From Mytilus trossulus (taxonomy: Eukaryota): 64,000 nucleotides of DNA. The stretch is from assembly GCF_036588685.1 (NCBI RefSeq), contig NC_086379.1, positions 55,304,001 to 55,368,000 of the forward strand, read 5' to 3'. Position numbers and translations under genes: made by a program. Each line of letters begins with the position of its first letter. Position 1 is the first letter of the stretch. Shown in pieces: positions 14,196 through 28,015 of the stretch. The notes under the pieces are model-generated. The model saw nothing but the letters and a program-made list of their open reading frames with translations. It was not told the origin of the DNA and made no database searches.

Positions 14196-14425
14196 AGATA
14201 TAAGAAGATGTGGTATGATTGGCAAAGAGACAATTCTCCATCCAAGTCACAATCTGTTAATAAAAAACCATTACAGGTCAAAGTACGGTCTTCAAGACGG
14301 AGCCTTGGCCCACACTGAACAGTAAGCTTAACCGTGCCCCAAAACATGACAAGTGTAAAACTATTCAAACGTGAAAACGAATGGTCTTATAAAACAGAAA
14401 CACTTATGAACGACAAAGTAAAACG
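14196..14425 (-). mobile_element. Repeat family A variant copy
   Basis: Matches 33688-33950, 29975-30130, 11175-11290, 21090-21190 and 38955-39280. Confidence 0.75.
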
Positions 14426-16309
14426 ACTCATCAATAAATAATACGTTTGGAAACTGACGCTTCGTGTTGTATTTGATTAATTCAAGAAGTATAACTCTAG
14501 TTTTCTTCTGAATTCTAATACTTAATTTCTTTATATTAATGTCAAAAGTTTTTTATACTATTTAATGTAATGATTTTTTTGTCGATTATTGTTGTACTTA
14601 TTGATTTTTATTGTTCCTTTGGTATCTCCCGCCTTCTTATTATTTTAGATGGACCAAATGAAACTCAGTTGCAAAATAAAGATATTGTGTTTGCATTTAT
14701 ACAGTTAGCTCTGATCCCAAACCAGGTATTCAGTTGAAAGCTAAATTCATTTATGAGTATGTCAATTGTGTACGCTCTACAGTGTATATGAAATAATACT
14801 TAGATCGCGAGATAAATTTAAACAAAGATGGACTGATTTAGAATCTTTCATTACTGTATTCTCTAAATTTTTAGATATATTTTCTTTATTCTTTTTTTTA
14901 TTATGGTTATCATCTCATTATTTTCTTATCTTTATGTTGCGACATCTATTTATTATTTCCCTACACTGTTTTCTTTATTCTTTCTATGTTTTGTCGATGT
15001 TTTTGTAAATTTGGACCATTTTTCTCCAATGTATTTCTAAAATCAAAGACGTCAGATATAAATCTTTGACGTCTTTGATTTCAGAAATACATTGTTCTTA
15101 CCCCTATCAAAATAGTTGTTTATTTTCACAAAACGAATTTGACGTAACGTGGAAATTGCAATTTAAATCTATATCAACGTACATGTTTTTATCAAAAAAC
15201 TATTTTTATCTTTTTAAGACAACCATAAAATATTGCACTACCTTGATTTAATAGACCTATCACAGGGAATGTTAAATTGGTTTCTACCAAAAATCGATTA
15301 AAGAAATTCACTGACATATCAAGGTAATCAGAAAAGATTAAATTAAGTTTTGCAGGTAACCAGTAAATTAGTAAGAACAATGTTTGCCCTTTTTTCAATT
15401 TGTGTTTTGCAAATATATTAATAACAAAGACATACAAAATGAATATACATGACGCAATACAATCTGCGTTCTATCTGTTCTTCTTTGATCTACTACATAG
15501 ATCTGCAATGTGTTTGTTTGCCTTTGTAATTCAAAATGTTATCACTTCTTTTTTATGCATGAACTGATAATTACTTTTTGCACTAACCAGGAAGACATTG
15601 ACATTTGTTTTTTCCAATATGGACAATCTTAGATACTGGCTGAAAAACAAGCACGATGTCACATGTAGGGAGATAATGAAATGAAACAATATTTTTGATT
15701 AGTTTACTTACTTCAAAACCCGTCTTATAAGAGTTTGCTTGCTCAACAAAAAATCTAATATGTAGCAACAGTAAGGGTTTTATGAACAGTATTGTGTAAC
15801 AAAGAAACATACGTTCGATTTCTGAATTAAACAACTAATACTTATTTTTGCATACTGGAAAATCTATCGCTGTTGGGCTTAATGAATTACAGTTAATGTT
15901 TGCTAAAGGGAGAGGGATGGCTCTCTGAGGGCTGTAATATTTAGACATCTTAGGGGCTGTATTTTTTTTCATCTGACACGTACAATTATACACAAAAAAA
16001 CTTCTAACGGTCTTGCAGCTGCAGTAAAAGCCATAAAAGCCCATCGACCCAATATGAACAGAAACTGTACATCTGATAGGTCTTACATTTTTGTAATTTT
16101 TAGATCTGATAGGTATTTTTTTGTGATGTTTTTCTGATGCGTTTGAATAAAAAATTCCCCATCTGTCCCCTCCTGCCAGAAATTAGCTGGAATGGCCTAT
16201 TATATACAAAGTTATAAATGTTGCAGTTTATATTGTTATCATAGGAAATTCGTAAACATGAAGTTCATCCTTTTTTGGCTTCGCAGTTCAAATGTGCTCT
16301 TATAAGTAT

Positions 16310-16535
16310 CAAAGAAATGCAAAAGATACCAGATGGAAATTCACACGCCTAGTCAAAAAGTATGTGACAATATCATTTTTTAAAAAGAAAAAGACAAACA
16401 AACAATTGCAGACAACACACAACAACAAAAAAGACTAAGCAACACGAACCCCACACAAAATCCGGGGAGATTTCATGTGCTCTGAAAGGGTAAGTAGATC
16501 TTGCTCCACATGCGACAACCGTCGTGTTGCTCAGT
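16310..16535 (-). mobile_element. Penelope-like element 3' tail (family E)
   Basis: Reverse complement of 27780-28010. Confidence 0.75.
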
Positions 16536-17113
16536 GGAAACCCGGTGTCATATTGTATTTTAAACCCCATGAAAAATTAACCCCGCAGTCAAGTACCACT
16601 ATATTAAAATATACCCCTCCATGGCAAATTGTACCCCCCTCTTTTTATGGAAAATTGACATGGTAAATATATAACCCTGTATTTTTTTTCATTCAAGATA
16701 ATTATTAGAACACTATACATTATTTTAAAGGTTGTTATAGATTGAAGATCAGACATTCAAAAAGGAGAGTAAATTATCCATCGTAGGAAAAAAATACCAT
16801 GGCTTGGTATTATAAGTGGTAGGAACATGCTGTACTTTTTACCAAAATAATTATTGAAACATAGTTACTAGACCATGCACATTGAATGCTGTGATAATGT
16901 GAAATCCTAAGAAATAAAGGGTGTAAAAAAATGGTAAAACAGGGGGAGGAGGTCAGCATACCATGGCTCAGTTAAAAATTGTTAAAACGTCTTTACATTA
17001 TGACTTAATTATATGTACCATATATGTATTAATCTTTCAAAAATAGTTTAAAATAAATTATTTGTTTAAACTGGAGATACAAAGAAAATGGAGTTTGTGC
17101 AAAGGTGTGTGTT

Positions 17114-17415
17114 TGTGTAAAAGATGGTGAGAAAGGGGGGGGGGGGTTCAAAGTAAAGTAAAAATTTCAAAACATCTTTTCCAGCATGTTACATCCATAC
17201 AAACTACTAATTGAAGAATTATTATTATTAAATAAAGGAGTTGGAATAGCTAGATTTTTTAATTTTGTGTAAAAGATGGTGAGAAAGGAAGGGAAGTCAA
17301 AGTAAAGTAAATTTTTGAAAACATCTTTTCCAGCATGTTACATCCATAAAAACTACTAATTGGAGAATTGTTGCTATTAAATAAAGGAGTTGGAATAGCT
17401 AGATTTTTTAATTTG
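17114..17415 (+). repeat. Two tandem copies of a ~152-bp unit inside a repeat-rich element (~16.54-17.56 kb)
   Basis: TGTGTAAAAGATGGTGAGAAAGG…GGAATAGCTAGATTTTTTAATTT at 17114 and 17266. Confidence 0.9.
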
Positions 17416-20400
17416 GGGTCTTTAGTAGGGGGTCAATGTATCATGGCAAGAAGGTTAAAATACCATGGCTAAGTAACATTTTCAAAGTATTTTTTCCAGC
17501 ACGTTAAATTTGTAAACTACTTGAATTTTGAGTACTTAGCTCATTATACATAATTAGTACATCAGAATAAACTGGTGTTTACACGTCCAGATGAGAACAT
17601 TTTGCCTAGCGTATTAATTGCATGGTACAACCTTCAAACTGTTGTGGTTTGGTTGTTTTTATTTCTTTTTTTTTATTCACACATTGAGATCTGATATAAT
17701 AGTCAATATTTTGGCATCATATTTGTGGTTGGTAATATGTTTATCGAAAATAAATAATCTCATGTGCTCGTAAAAACATCAATGCAAAACGAAACAAAAG
17801 AAAAGATTTATAATACCGATCCATAATTTCATAGTTTAACATAAAGATGTTATTTTGCTTATTGAATGTTTATTTTGTTAATTGTATAGTGCGAAAAACG
17901 GCCGAAGCTCTCCGGTTTGTTTTTTTCCTCCTTTTAAAATTCAAAGTTTTAAGCATCGTTTCGTTAACGAGTTTCTAATGTTGTTTAGTTGTTTATTTTA
18001 CTTCCCTGTCTATTCATTACAACAAAATAGCAACGCAATTGTTCTTCCTTCAAAGAAAAATAATAACAATTTGGTTTGTTTTTCATCACTGCGGAGATTT
18101 ATCAATAGTATTTCCCGACATTCACACGACCTGTATCGTTTACACTTAAAGAACCAAGACCAGCGAGTCTGTCTGACACAGACTATACATAACCTTGAGG
18201 TGATACAAGTTACTGTCTGTTACTATAAATCGTCCTCTTCAAACCTTGTAATTAAGTGTCTTGTTCATATAATCAAATTTTTATCTATTATAATCATAAG
18301 TGAATTTAAATTATACATACCCTTGCACATTCGATTCATAACAAAGATATGTCATTTAATGTAATTAATTGGTATATGCAGTTTGACCTGACAAATATGC
18401 AATTACATGTACACCTTCTTGGCACTGGCAGTTTGTTCGACATATGTCACTATTAATATTGTTTGTACTATATGATATTTTATATTGTTATCCAGACCAA
18501 TCACAAATCGGCAATTTATGATCAAAGGACAATGAATTGAATGTACATCAAGTAATTAAAGACAATGCTTAAATTCTACGCTTTGTCTCAGATTCTATTT
18601 TTTGACTGTTAAATTAAAAAATAAAATATATTGCTTCTGTTGATTTTTCTAATACCTGTCTCGTTGTTGTGTACGTGACGTCATATAATATACTTTAACA
18701 TACAATTCATCTGTAGAAGACAATAATGATAGGTCATCTAGTATGATAAATTAAATTACACATAGCTGAGAGGGTGATAGAAAAGATTATGACACCTCGA
18801 AAACATGGAAAAAGCATTGTCAACCTCGGCTTAGCGACTGTTGGTTATCTTTTCTTGGGGTCAAAATCTGCTATATCTCTCTCGTGACAAATTTTAATAA
18901 ATCAACTACCTTATATTATTCTTAAATGTAATATTAAGGATGTGGTAACTATTTTATATACTAGCATCTTTGTCGTATCTGTACTTCCGTGCAGATCTAC
19001 AACTTTGTTACGACAAATTGTTTTTTTTAATAACAAAATAAGAACATTATATAACACATAAACTAATCAAAACGCTGTGGTTACTGTAGTAATGTAATAT
19101 ATGTTATGCAATATCATGGAGATATAAACAGTTTCGTTTTGTTCTTAATTGCGATGGAATATAAATAAAACGTATCAAAAGAAAGTGGTAAAGTATGTAA
19201 GGAAAGCAGATATGGTTTAATTGTTCTTTTACTATTGTCATATGACATTAAAAGAGAATGTATGTTTGGTACTACTTCATTTACTTAATAAGGACACTTG
19301 TGTCTAGTGCTACAATGCAACAAGTGAGTGTTACAATGCATAGTAATCCACTATTATTTGCCACTTGACGCTTAACAAGCTACAATCAAGCATTCAATGA
19401 AACACTAAATATCAATAATTTCATGCAGTTTGTTGTTCTTTGTAGATGCACGACTACGTATAAAATCTTTTTTTATCGATAATTTATATACAAAGCATAT
19501 TTACTTTCATCCTACACTTATATGAGATATTAACTACAATTTCTTGAGAGCTGATTGATTTGTTTTTCATTCTTTTACTTCATATCATCCATTTAACGAT
19601 TGTATCTTCTATTGATGCTGTATTTTTAGAACATTTGATATATTATCACATCAAATATTGCATTTCGTGCAAGTACTATTGTAGTTTTCAATCTGGTCAA
19701 TGTTTCCGTTTTCTTTCAACGCCTATTTTAAGGTGGGTGGAGGGGACATGGGCCTTTGGGGTCGCTGGTCTAGTAAGAATTAATAAAACGAAGTAGCAAG
19801 TATCCAAGTCATAAATTGTATGAAGTACATATAGTTTTGTAACCAACCCTTCAATCTTTTTAACCCGCAGAAGTGTTTATCTATTAGAGTCTCATACAAC
19901 TAAGCTTTATTTACCTGTTATAAAAAACTGTCAACGCGTGTTCATAAAGGAAAAAATGGCCTGAATGCACAGAACGGATGGCATGTTAATGTTATGACGT
20001 GACAATTTTCCCTGATTATTTGACTCCGTAAAGTCATCCCTTCCATTTCAATTAATAAAAAAACGCAGTTTTGATTATTTTTTAAGCCAAAAAACGCGTT
20101 TACACTCAACCCTACCGTAATACATGTGAATAACTGATTTTTTAATACAGTTCTACAATCAAATACAGCGTGTTGGCACTGAAGATCGTTTATATAAGAA
20201 GGACACGTGGTTTTTATATAATTAACCACCTAAACAAAAGTGGATGTATGAAAACTGCAAGAGAAATGTATTTTATCGCTTACATTTTTAACTGTTTGAA
20301 CAGCGTTGTACCTGAACAAAGGCCAACGTCTTTATCTCGTATTAATTTTTGTTTAGTTCAATCGATTATCCATGTAGGTTTTAAACAGACCAATTGATAT

Positions 20401-20729
20401 TCTCAATTAGCACTGCCATTTTTTCACAAAGGACACTGCAAGTGGAAAGCAACCGATATCATACAGATTTAATTTGTTGATTATTTCAGCTCAAGACTTT
20501 TGTTATTTAATTTTTTTTTAATAATCGTCGATTCACATATTATTTGTTTTATTTCTTCGTTTGTATACCCTGTTATATTTGACATTGTCATGCAATTCTC
20601 GTATTCCAACACCTGACTATCCTATAGTCACATGCTTTGTAATCTTCTTGTTATTTGTTGTAATCGTAATAAAGTCGTGTTTGTTCATCCTTGAACTGGA
20701 GTAAATACATTGTAAGTACCTTTAAAAAA

Positions 20730-20880
20730 TTGAAAACAACACGTTTGATAATTGCATGCGTCCGAAGAATTTTTTCTGGATTTACCTTTATCAGGAACGC
20801 TCAAATCAAAATATTTGAAAGCTGAGGATGTATACGTATCAAAACAGTTGAAGAATTATATGACAAAATAAAATACCTTC
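20730..20880 (-). mobile_element. Fragment of a second retrozyme-like family with degenerate hammerhead
   Basis: Minus strand 20757-20802 reads GAGCGTTC CTGATAA AGGTAAATCCA GAAA AAATTCT TC GGACGC (stem I GCGTTC/GGACGC); related relic at 39380-39425. Confidence 0.55.
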
Positions 20881-23800
20881 AATGACAAATAAAATACCTA
20901 AAATAAAAAGCTTTTAATGTATCTGATGCGTGTGTCACTGACATTATTGTTGTGTCTGCAATTTTGGTATTTACGATAATCTTTCAGTTACAATTTACTC
21001 TTCGTCAGTTCAGTAAAATACAAGTAAAACATCGTTTTGAATTGATTATTACAACGATCTTACGATTTATCATAACATTTCTTGATTTATAAATATAGGA
21101 AGATCAGGTGCGAGTGCCAATGAGACAACTCTCCATCCACATAACAATTTATAAAGTAAACCATTATACTGCAATGTACGGTATTCAACCTTGTTTGACA
21201 AAACTGTTCTAGCCCGAACTCTTTCAACATTTCTATTCCCCAGAAACATTTCGGTCACTACTATTGATTATTAATGCTATAAGTTACATATGCATATCAG
21301 TTAATCAGCATAATTTAATATCGAAGTTTGATTATTTATTCAAGAAGTATGTATTGGTAAGGTAATTTGAACACTTTTATCTTTATTAAGAAAGTAGGAT
21401 TTGAAATCATAAGAATAATAAAAAAAAATCCTCATTGTTGAGGATCAACATACACATATTTAAACAGGTTGATGTTTTTCAATAGAAAAAGATTCATATT
21501 CATTATCTTAACAAAATATAACCCAGCACTCGAAAATGGGATTACTCGACCAATGTTAGAATAGATTTTATTGCTATTGTTAATTATGTTTAGTCCAAGA
21601 TTTAACATTCTAATATAGTGTTATAGTTATAATGAAACTCAATTTAGAATGCGGTTCTTTTTATGATATATTATATTTAACAAAATATAGTAATTTAAAT
21701 ACGTCTCTGAGTTTCTTATTTACAAATTTATTTACGGCGACAATCATTCTTTATAATCATAGATGTATAAAACCATACGATTATGTTATAACTTATAATT
21801 GACTTTACTTTAATTTTAAAATAAACCCTATTATGTAGCATACCCTTTCTACTATAACAAAAGAAACAGTTAGTTTTATTTAGCAACCTGTTCATAGATG
21901 CTTGGATTTATATCACTATTCATATCATTCATGTGTCTACAATGTAAACGTCAACTGCATATGATACTAGTATCAAATAATAAATTATAAATATGATAAA
22001 AGAAGGTTAATATGAGTTCGAGGTTAAATATTTTTGTCTTCATTCGTAGTATCATAAAATGTGATCTATAATTTTCAGCTATTTTCTAGCTTGTAGTTGA
22101 TGCAGCACATATTAATACAATATATAATACTGTCATGCACAATAAATCACTATTGAGTATTCGAACTACCAGAATACATTTATCTTACGACTCCGACACC
22201 GCCTGCTGGTAGATACTGAAAGAAACGTACACAGAACAAACGATCACTGCTGATTTGTCTACAGCTTATCAGATAGGCACAATGAAGGAATAGTGTTGGT
22301 TTTTTGTTTGTTTGAAGTATAAAGCAATACAAAGAGTATACGAGAGAGAATGAGAGTATAACTCCTGGTAGGTATCAAAATGTCATATATGAATACACAA
22401 ATAAATAAAATTATCATTTAATAAGAAAATATTAATGATGAAAAATAAAAATAAATAATGAGATTCGCTTATTCTGTCAAAATGATAGAAAAGTAACACG
22501 CAATCAGCAAAAAAACATTGTGTAGGCAATTTGAAGTTCGAGGCTATTTAATTTCTAATTTACAAACTAATACAGAATTTAATGCATACCTTACGTAATA
22601 GCTGTCTTTTACTGTCGGGTATTTGATGCGAGACTGTCACCTACTTGAATTCGTCGAATATCACTACACTTGTGTTATTCAACAATATATACGAATAATC
22701 GAATGAAGCAAAGATTTACAAATAAATCGATGAGAAATTGAAAATTGCGATCTAGCAAAAATATTTACAAGTCAATTGTAATAGTGTCCTAAATATAATT
22801 AACAATAAATAACGAATTTACATTAATTACTTTCCACAATCGAATTTTATAATAAAAAGGGGTAATATTTCAATCGGAAGTATCCATTTCTAAAGAAAGA
22901 AATTAAATAATGTTAATTTAAAAAAAAAACAACAACAGACGTTTTCATACAAAAATTAAAATCAAACGAAAATATGGATACTCCTTTATTTTCCTTGATA
23001 GCCCAAAGAATACAAGTGTAGCTGTAGATGAAAAATATTCTTAATGAATAAAATACGTTCTTAAAGTTGTGCTAAATTATCTAGGGCCATTTATGCACGT
23101 GGTATTCAATCCCAAGTGATATTAGATTGGTTAGAATATTTTAGTATTCGGAACAGTCTAAATAAATATTCTATTTCAATATGAAAGGAACATGAAACAA
23201 AGGCGTGTAATCACGTTTGTAAAAGTTGCTTTATTATGAAAAAGAGTTGGTATTTCTAGAAAGCAATTTAATAGACGTTAATATCATAGTGTTCACTATA
23301 TATACGATCAAAACACGTTGTTGAAGCAGATGATGAATGATTGTGACTTGTCTTTTTGATTTACTAAGGACAATACGAAGTCTAGAACAATACTTGTTTT
23401 CGAATTCGGTTTTGTTTCAAGCAGCAAATTTGAAAAGTATGCGAAAGCAAATTACAGAAAGACAACATGTTGTTTTTAGTACTATAAGCCCGGATCACAT
23501 TAACTAGACATATACATCAGTTGCTACACATATGATTATAATAGACGAAAATTGAAGCAAATGAACTTGGCATATTATTCTAGAGTTCCTTGTGACGACT
23601 AGTAGTAGTAGAAGTAGACAGTAAATCGAAATTTTTATCACCTGACGATTCTAAAAAGCATTTATTTACAGTCGGTGTCATAACAACTCGTCATTCTTTT
23701 ATAAAAATCGGTACAGGTCGTGTAAATGCGTTAAAATAATCTTGTAAACGTTTTCTGATCTGGTTAAAAGAATGTATTATTGTGTTTTCATTTTGATGAA

Positions 23801-24007
23801 GAGTTAACTGCGTTAGTTTTGTTACGTCGACAATTATGAATAGAATAACATAATTCTAAACAAAGAATTATTTGCAATGATTCGTTTATTTAAATTCTCA
23901 ATTAAACTAAAAATAAAAACCAGTAATTGTCAAATGTCATTGATAATCTACAATTTATATGATTCTAAATGTATATTATTTAATTTTGAATGTAACGCGT
24001 CTTCTTT

Positions 24008-24168
24008 AGTTAGTATATATATTTGTTTAGGGGCCAGCTGAAGGACGCCTCCAAGTGCGGGAATTTCTCGCTGCATTGAAAACCTGTTGGGGACCTTCTG
24101 CTGTTGTTTGCTCTATGGTCGGGTTGTTTTCTCTTTGACACATTCTCCATTTCCATTCTCAATTTTAT
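24008..24168 (+). mobile_element. Repeat family D copy
   Basis: Nearly identical to 54848-55008. Confidence 0.85.
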
Positions 24169-24939
24169 TCTGATTGTTTTGTTAATCATCTCATAGACAT
24201 AATTTAGTCGTGTGACCATGACGTCATCAACGTTTTTTCATGGTTTAATCCGGTTTGGATTGGAATTTAGAATTTAATTATGAGAAATAACTGTTATCTT
24301 TTTTCTGTCTATTCGAAATAACATCAACATTGTGGTGCACACTTTAAAAAAATCCGCTATATGATTCTAAATGTATGGAAAAGAAAAAAAACATTCTAGA
24401 AATCACGGAGTATTTTTATTCTTTTTGTTTTTGATATTTTTTAGGAGGGGGGGCTTGTTGAACCTTCCGTTTACCACGTTCAGTAAACCTGCAAGGTCAG
24501 TACTTTATGCCTATTGCCATTTTGTTCTGGTTTTTGTTGGGTATCTTATTTTGAGTCAAATGCCGTTTAAGGGTGCTCGCTCCTCGGTTTCAAAGTAATT
24601 AACTTTTCAAAACACAAGTTTATATTGATGGGGGACTAATAAAGGAATCAAAAAGACAAAAAAGATATATAGGTCACCGTGCTTGTTTTCCGGATATTAG
24701 CCATTAAAATTTTGGTTCAGGGAGACAACTCTTTATGTCAGTTATACGTTTGTAGAAGTCAAGTTTCATCAATGTATTTTAAGCATTTATCTGAAACTGA
24801 TTTGAAATAGTCTATGTAATCTTGAAGCTTAGTATATATTTATGAAAATGGTTGACACAAACATACTGATGATTTTAAGAGTTATTTTCCTTAACCGAGA
24901 TCTACCTCCTTAATTAACAGATTGTTTACCATTATGCAT

Positions 24940-25300
24940 GTAAAAGTAAAAACACAAAAATACTAAACTCCGAGGAAAATTCAAAAAGGAAAATCAAAAG
25001 GCAAAAGGCAAAATCAAAAGTCCAAACACATCAAACGAATGGATAACAACTGTCATATTCCTGACTTGGTACAGGCATTTTCTAATGTAGAAAATGGTGG
25101 ATTGAACCTGGTTTTATAGCTAGCTAAACCTCTCACTTTTATGACGGTTGCATCAAATTCCATTACATTGTCAACGATGAATGAACAAAACAAACATACT
25201 CAAAGAGTTAAAATGTAAAAAATAACAGTCAATAATGTGTTATCATCTTAATATCACTGTAAAAAAAAACAAATGTAACGAAGAGGCACAAAAAGGCATA
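24940..25300 (-). mobile_element. Repeat family C, long copy
   Basis: Matches 6447-6660. Confidence 0.8.
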
Positions 25301-27243
25301 CATCAAATTTAACATACTAATTTTGTTTTTTTTAACCAACTTAATTTATGTATGTAAAGTCTTCCCGTAAAGGATAGAAGGTATTCAGTACTGGTGTAAA
25401 ATTGCGCGCTTGAAATTCGCATAAGTAGACATAAAAACAATTTTGTCGTTCAAAGTATGACGCATACATACATGTAGAGTCACGTAAAGTAGATATAACA
25501 AAAACAGATTTAACAGTAAAAGTAAATATAATAAATAAAATAAGTGTGTGGTTTAAAAGATTTACAATAAGAAGAATAGGAGTCACCGGGCAAATTTTTT
25601 CAAGGCATTCAAATGGATAAAACCAGAGGATTCAGGAAATCTGACAAAAAAATCCAAAATATGACAAGCCAGCTTCCTTAATCTGAATTTTACAGTTCTG
25701 CTGCAGTAAGTACTAAAAAAAAGATTCAATTTTAATTGGGATTGATGGAATATTATCTTAAAAGATGACTATGTATATTTCTTAATAACCGAAGTCATAT
25801 TGTTATCGATCCATTCTCTTTTGACATCGCTGAACCGAAACATGAAAAACGATGCATTATTTCATGGACACTAGTATTCAAGTAACTTTATAAGTAAATT
25901 GGTAAGAATTGAAAGCAATACTTATTGGTGACATTTCCGTAAAAATGACAGTGTGTCATGATTTTTGTTTTAAATTGAACTTTACTCTATTGATAAGTCA
26001 AAATAACATTACTCTACAATTTAAGCCCCTAATATATTACAAATAAACATGTATAAGGAATTTTGAATGTTCTTGTTTTTCCAAACATGATTGAAGAAGA
26101 TTTTTTCCTTAGAAAACAACAACAATAACAATTGACAAGAAGTTAATCGAATTCATAACAATGGGACACTCGTGTGTCGAAATACTGATATCCGTATTAG
26201 CAGACAACAAGTCAAATGAAACAAGTTATACAAATGGAAGATTGTAAAAAAAGATAAGATATAAATAAGGACATGAAGACATAAGAATGACAATTATAAA
26301 TAAAACTCTGCCTCGACATAATAATTACTTCTTAACTTTAGGGATTAAACAGGTTGGTAATATAACTCAAGTTCATATTTTTCATAATTGATAGCATTTT
26401 GAAAATCGACGAATACTTCAATTTGAAAAAGACTTATTTCAGTCTATTATCAACAAACGTTTTTCATTTTTTTCATTTGATATGTGATGGTGCGAAATTA
26501 CTTTCTCTAAAGCGTTTTAACTTCCTTCGAATTTGACTTGACTAATGAAGTCATCAGATCATCAACTTACCAAAGAAAAAAACATTAACAAACATACTGA
26601 ACTCGAACTAGTCAAATTGAGATATAAACTATGTTGTTAAATTGGTATTCATATCGCTTGAAAAACTTTCATCAATTATCATGACGAAACTGATGACAGG
26701 GCGCGAAAAGAGGAAACAGAAAGAGAAGGAACTATTTTTTTAAACAAAGTTACGTAAGCATATTATTACAATCATTACTCGATTGTTGTAATATACCATT
26801 CCACAGGCCTTACTTTTACTTATACTTAAAGACATGACAAGAGTACATTTAGGTAAGGATTATGCTATTTACCAGTGCTGCTGATGACAGATAACGTCAA
26901 TGACACACAATCATCATGAACTTTTGAAGGTATTTACTCCAGTTTACGGATAACAATAACAAACGGCGATACGATTAGCAAACCTGTAACAATAATAGTC
27001 ATGTGTCGGAATAATACGAAAAAATCATTATATATGACCATGAAGTAGAACAACTAAAACAAAAGTACCGAACTCCAACAAAGGTAAAACAATTTAGGAG
27101 TTAAACCTATTTCATGGTTTGCTAAACTCCAACCATGACAGATGTTCAAATATCGATACCTTGTCTAAAGTTTGCGAGCAACCCAAACAGACTTTAATAA
27201 TCAAGTAAATATGCGGACTAAGCACAAAAAATTCACATATTAA

Positions 27244-28015
27244 GCCCCTCTACTTGCCGACTTGTTTCTTCATTATTATGAGGCTGACTAGAGATAAAGG
27301 AACTATAGATAAATGATACTACAGATACAGTTAGGTCGGCTTCATATCTTGACTTACATCTCGAAATTGACAATAAGGGTCGGTTGAAAACAAAACTTTA
27401 CGACAAAAGAGATGATTTCAGCTCTCCAACTGTGAACTTTCCATTTCTAAGAAGCAACATTCAAGCAGCACCTGCATACGGGGTATATATCTCCAAATTG
27501 ATACGATATTCCCATGCTTGCATTTCCTATCATGATTTTCTTGATAGAGGGTTACTGCTCACAAAGACGCTTTTAAACCAAGAGTTCCAAATGGTGAAGT
27601 TGAAATCATCCCTCCGTAAATTTTACGGACGCCATCATGAATTGGTTGACCGTTATGGAATAAGCGTTTCACAAATGATATCGGATACGATATGTTCCTT
27701 ACGTTGTAACTACAATACCCTTCCCTTTCATGAATGTGACCTACCATATTAGACTATAAACCGGATTTGTAATCACATAAGCAACACGACGGGTGCCACA
27801 TGTGGAGCAGTGCTTACCCTTCTGGAGCACCTGAGATCACCCCTAGTTTTTGGTGGGGTTCGTGTTGTTTATTATTTAGTTTTCTATGTTGTGTCATGTG
27901 TACTATTGTTTTTCTGTTTTTCTGTTTGTCGTTTTCATTTTTAGCCATGGCGTTGTCAGTTTGTTTTAGATTTATGAGTTTGACTGTCCCTGTGGTATCT
28001 TTCGTACCTCTTTTA
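27244..28015 (+). mobile_element. Penelope-like retroelement relic (RT C-terminal half plus 3' tail, family E), internally deleted
   Basis: APLLADLFLHYYEAD is joined directly to the region encoding …SASYLDLHLEIDNKGRLKTKLYDKRDDFS…PAYGVYISKLIRYS…KLKSSLRKFYGRHHELVDRY; the YIDD segment present in the 46.4-47.2 kb copy is missing. Confidence 0.85.

Larger units (their letters stand above)
15350..22400 (+). repeat. Old diverged duplicate of ~2.6-8.1 kb (offset 12.7-14.3 kb)
   Basis: 15448 ACATGACGCAATACAATCTGCG = 2719; 17617 ATTGCATGGTACAACC = 3887; 17714 GCATCAT…GGTAATATGTT = 3966; 21320 vs 7042; 22322 AAGCAATACAAAGAGTA = 8065. Confidence 0.75.

Noticed and set aside
17882-18364. 160-aa ORF
   Set aside because: TTG start, low-complexity AT-driven composition, no recognisable domain; its inverted paralog at 23.5-23.7 kb differs by several indels
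24567-25681. TTAA-flanked MITE
   Set aside because: Only ~7/10 terminal match and nested repeats; boundaries are not secure
26689-26712. CTGATGA…GAAA hammerhead-like words
   Set aside because: No stem I, II or III pairing
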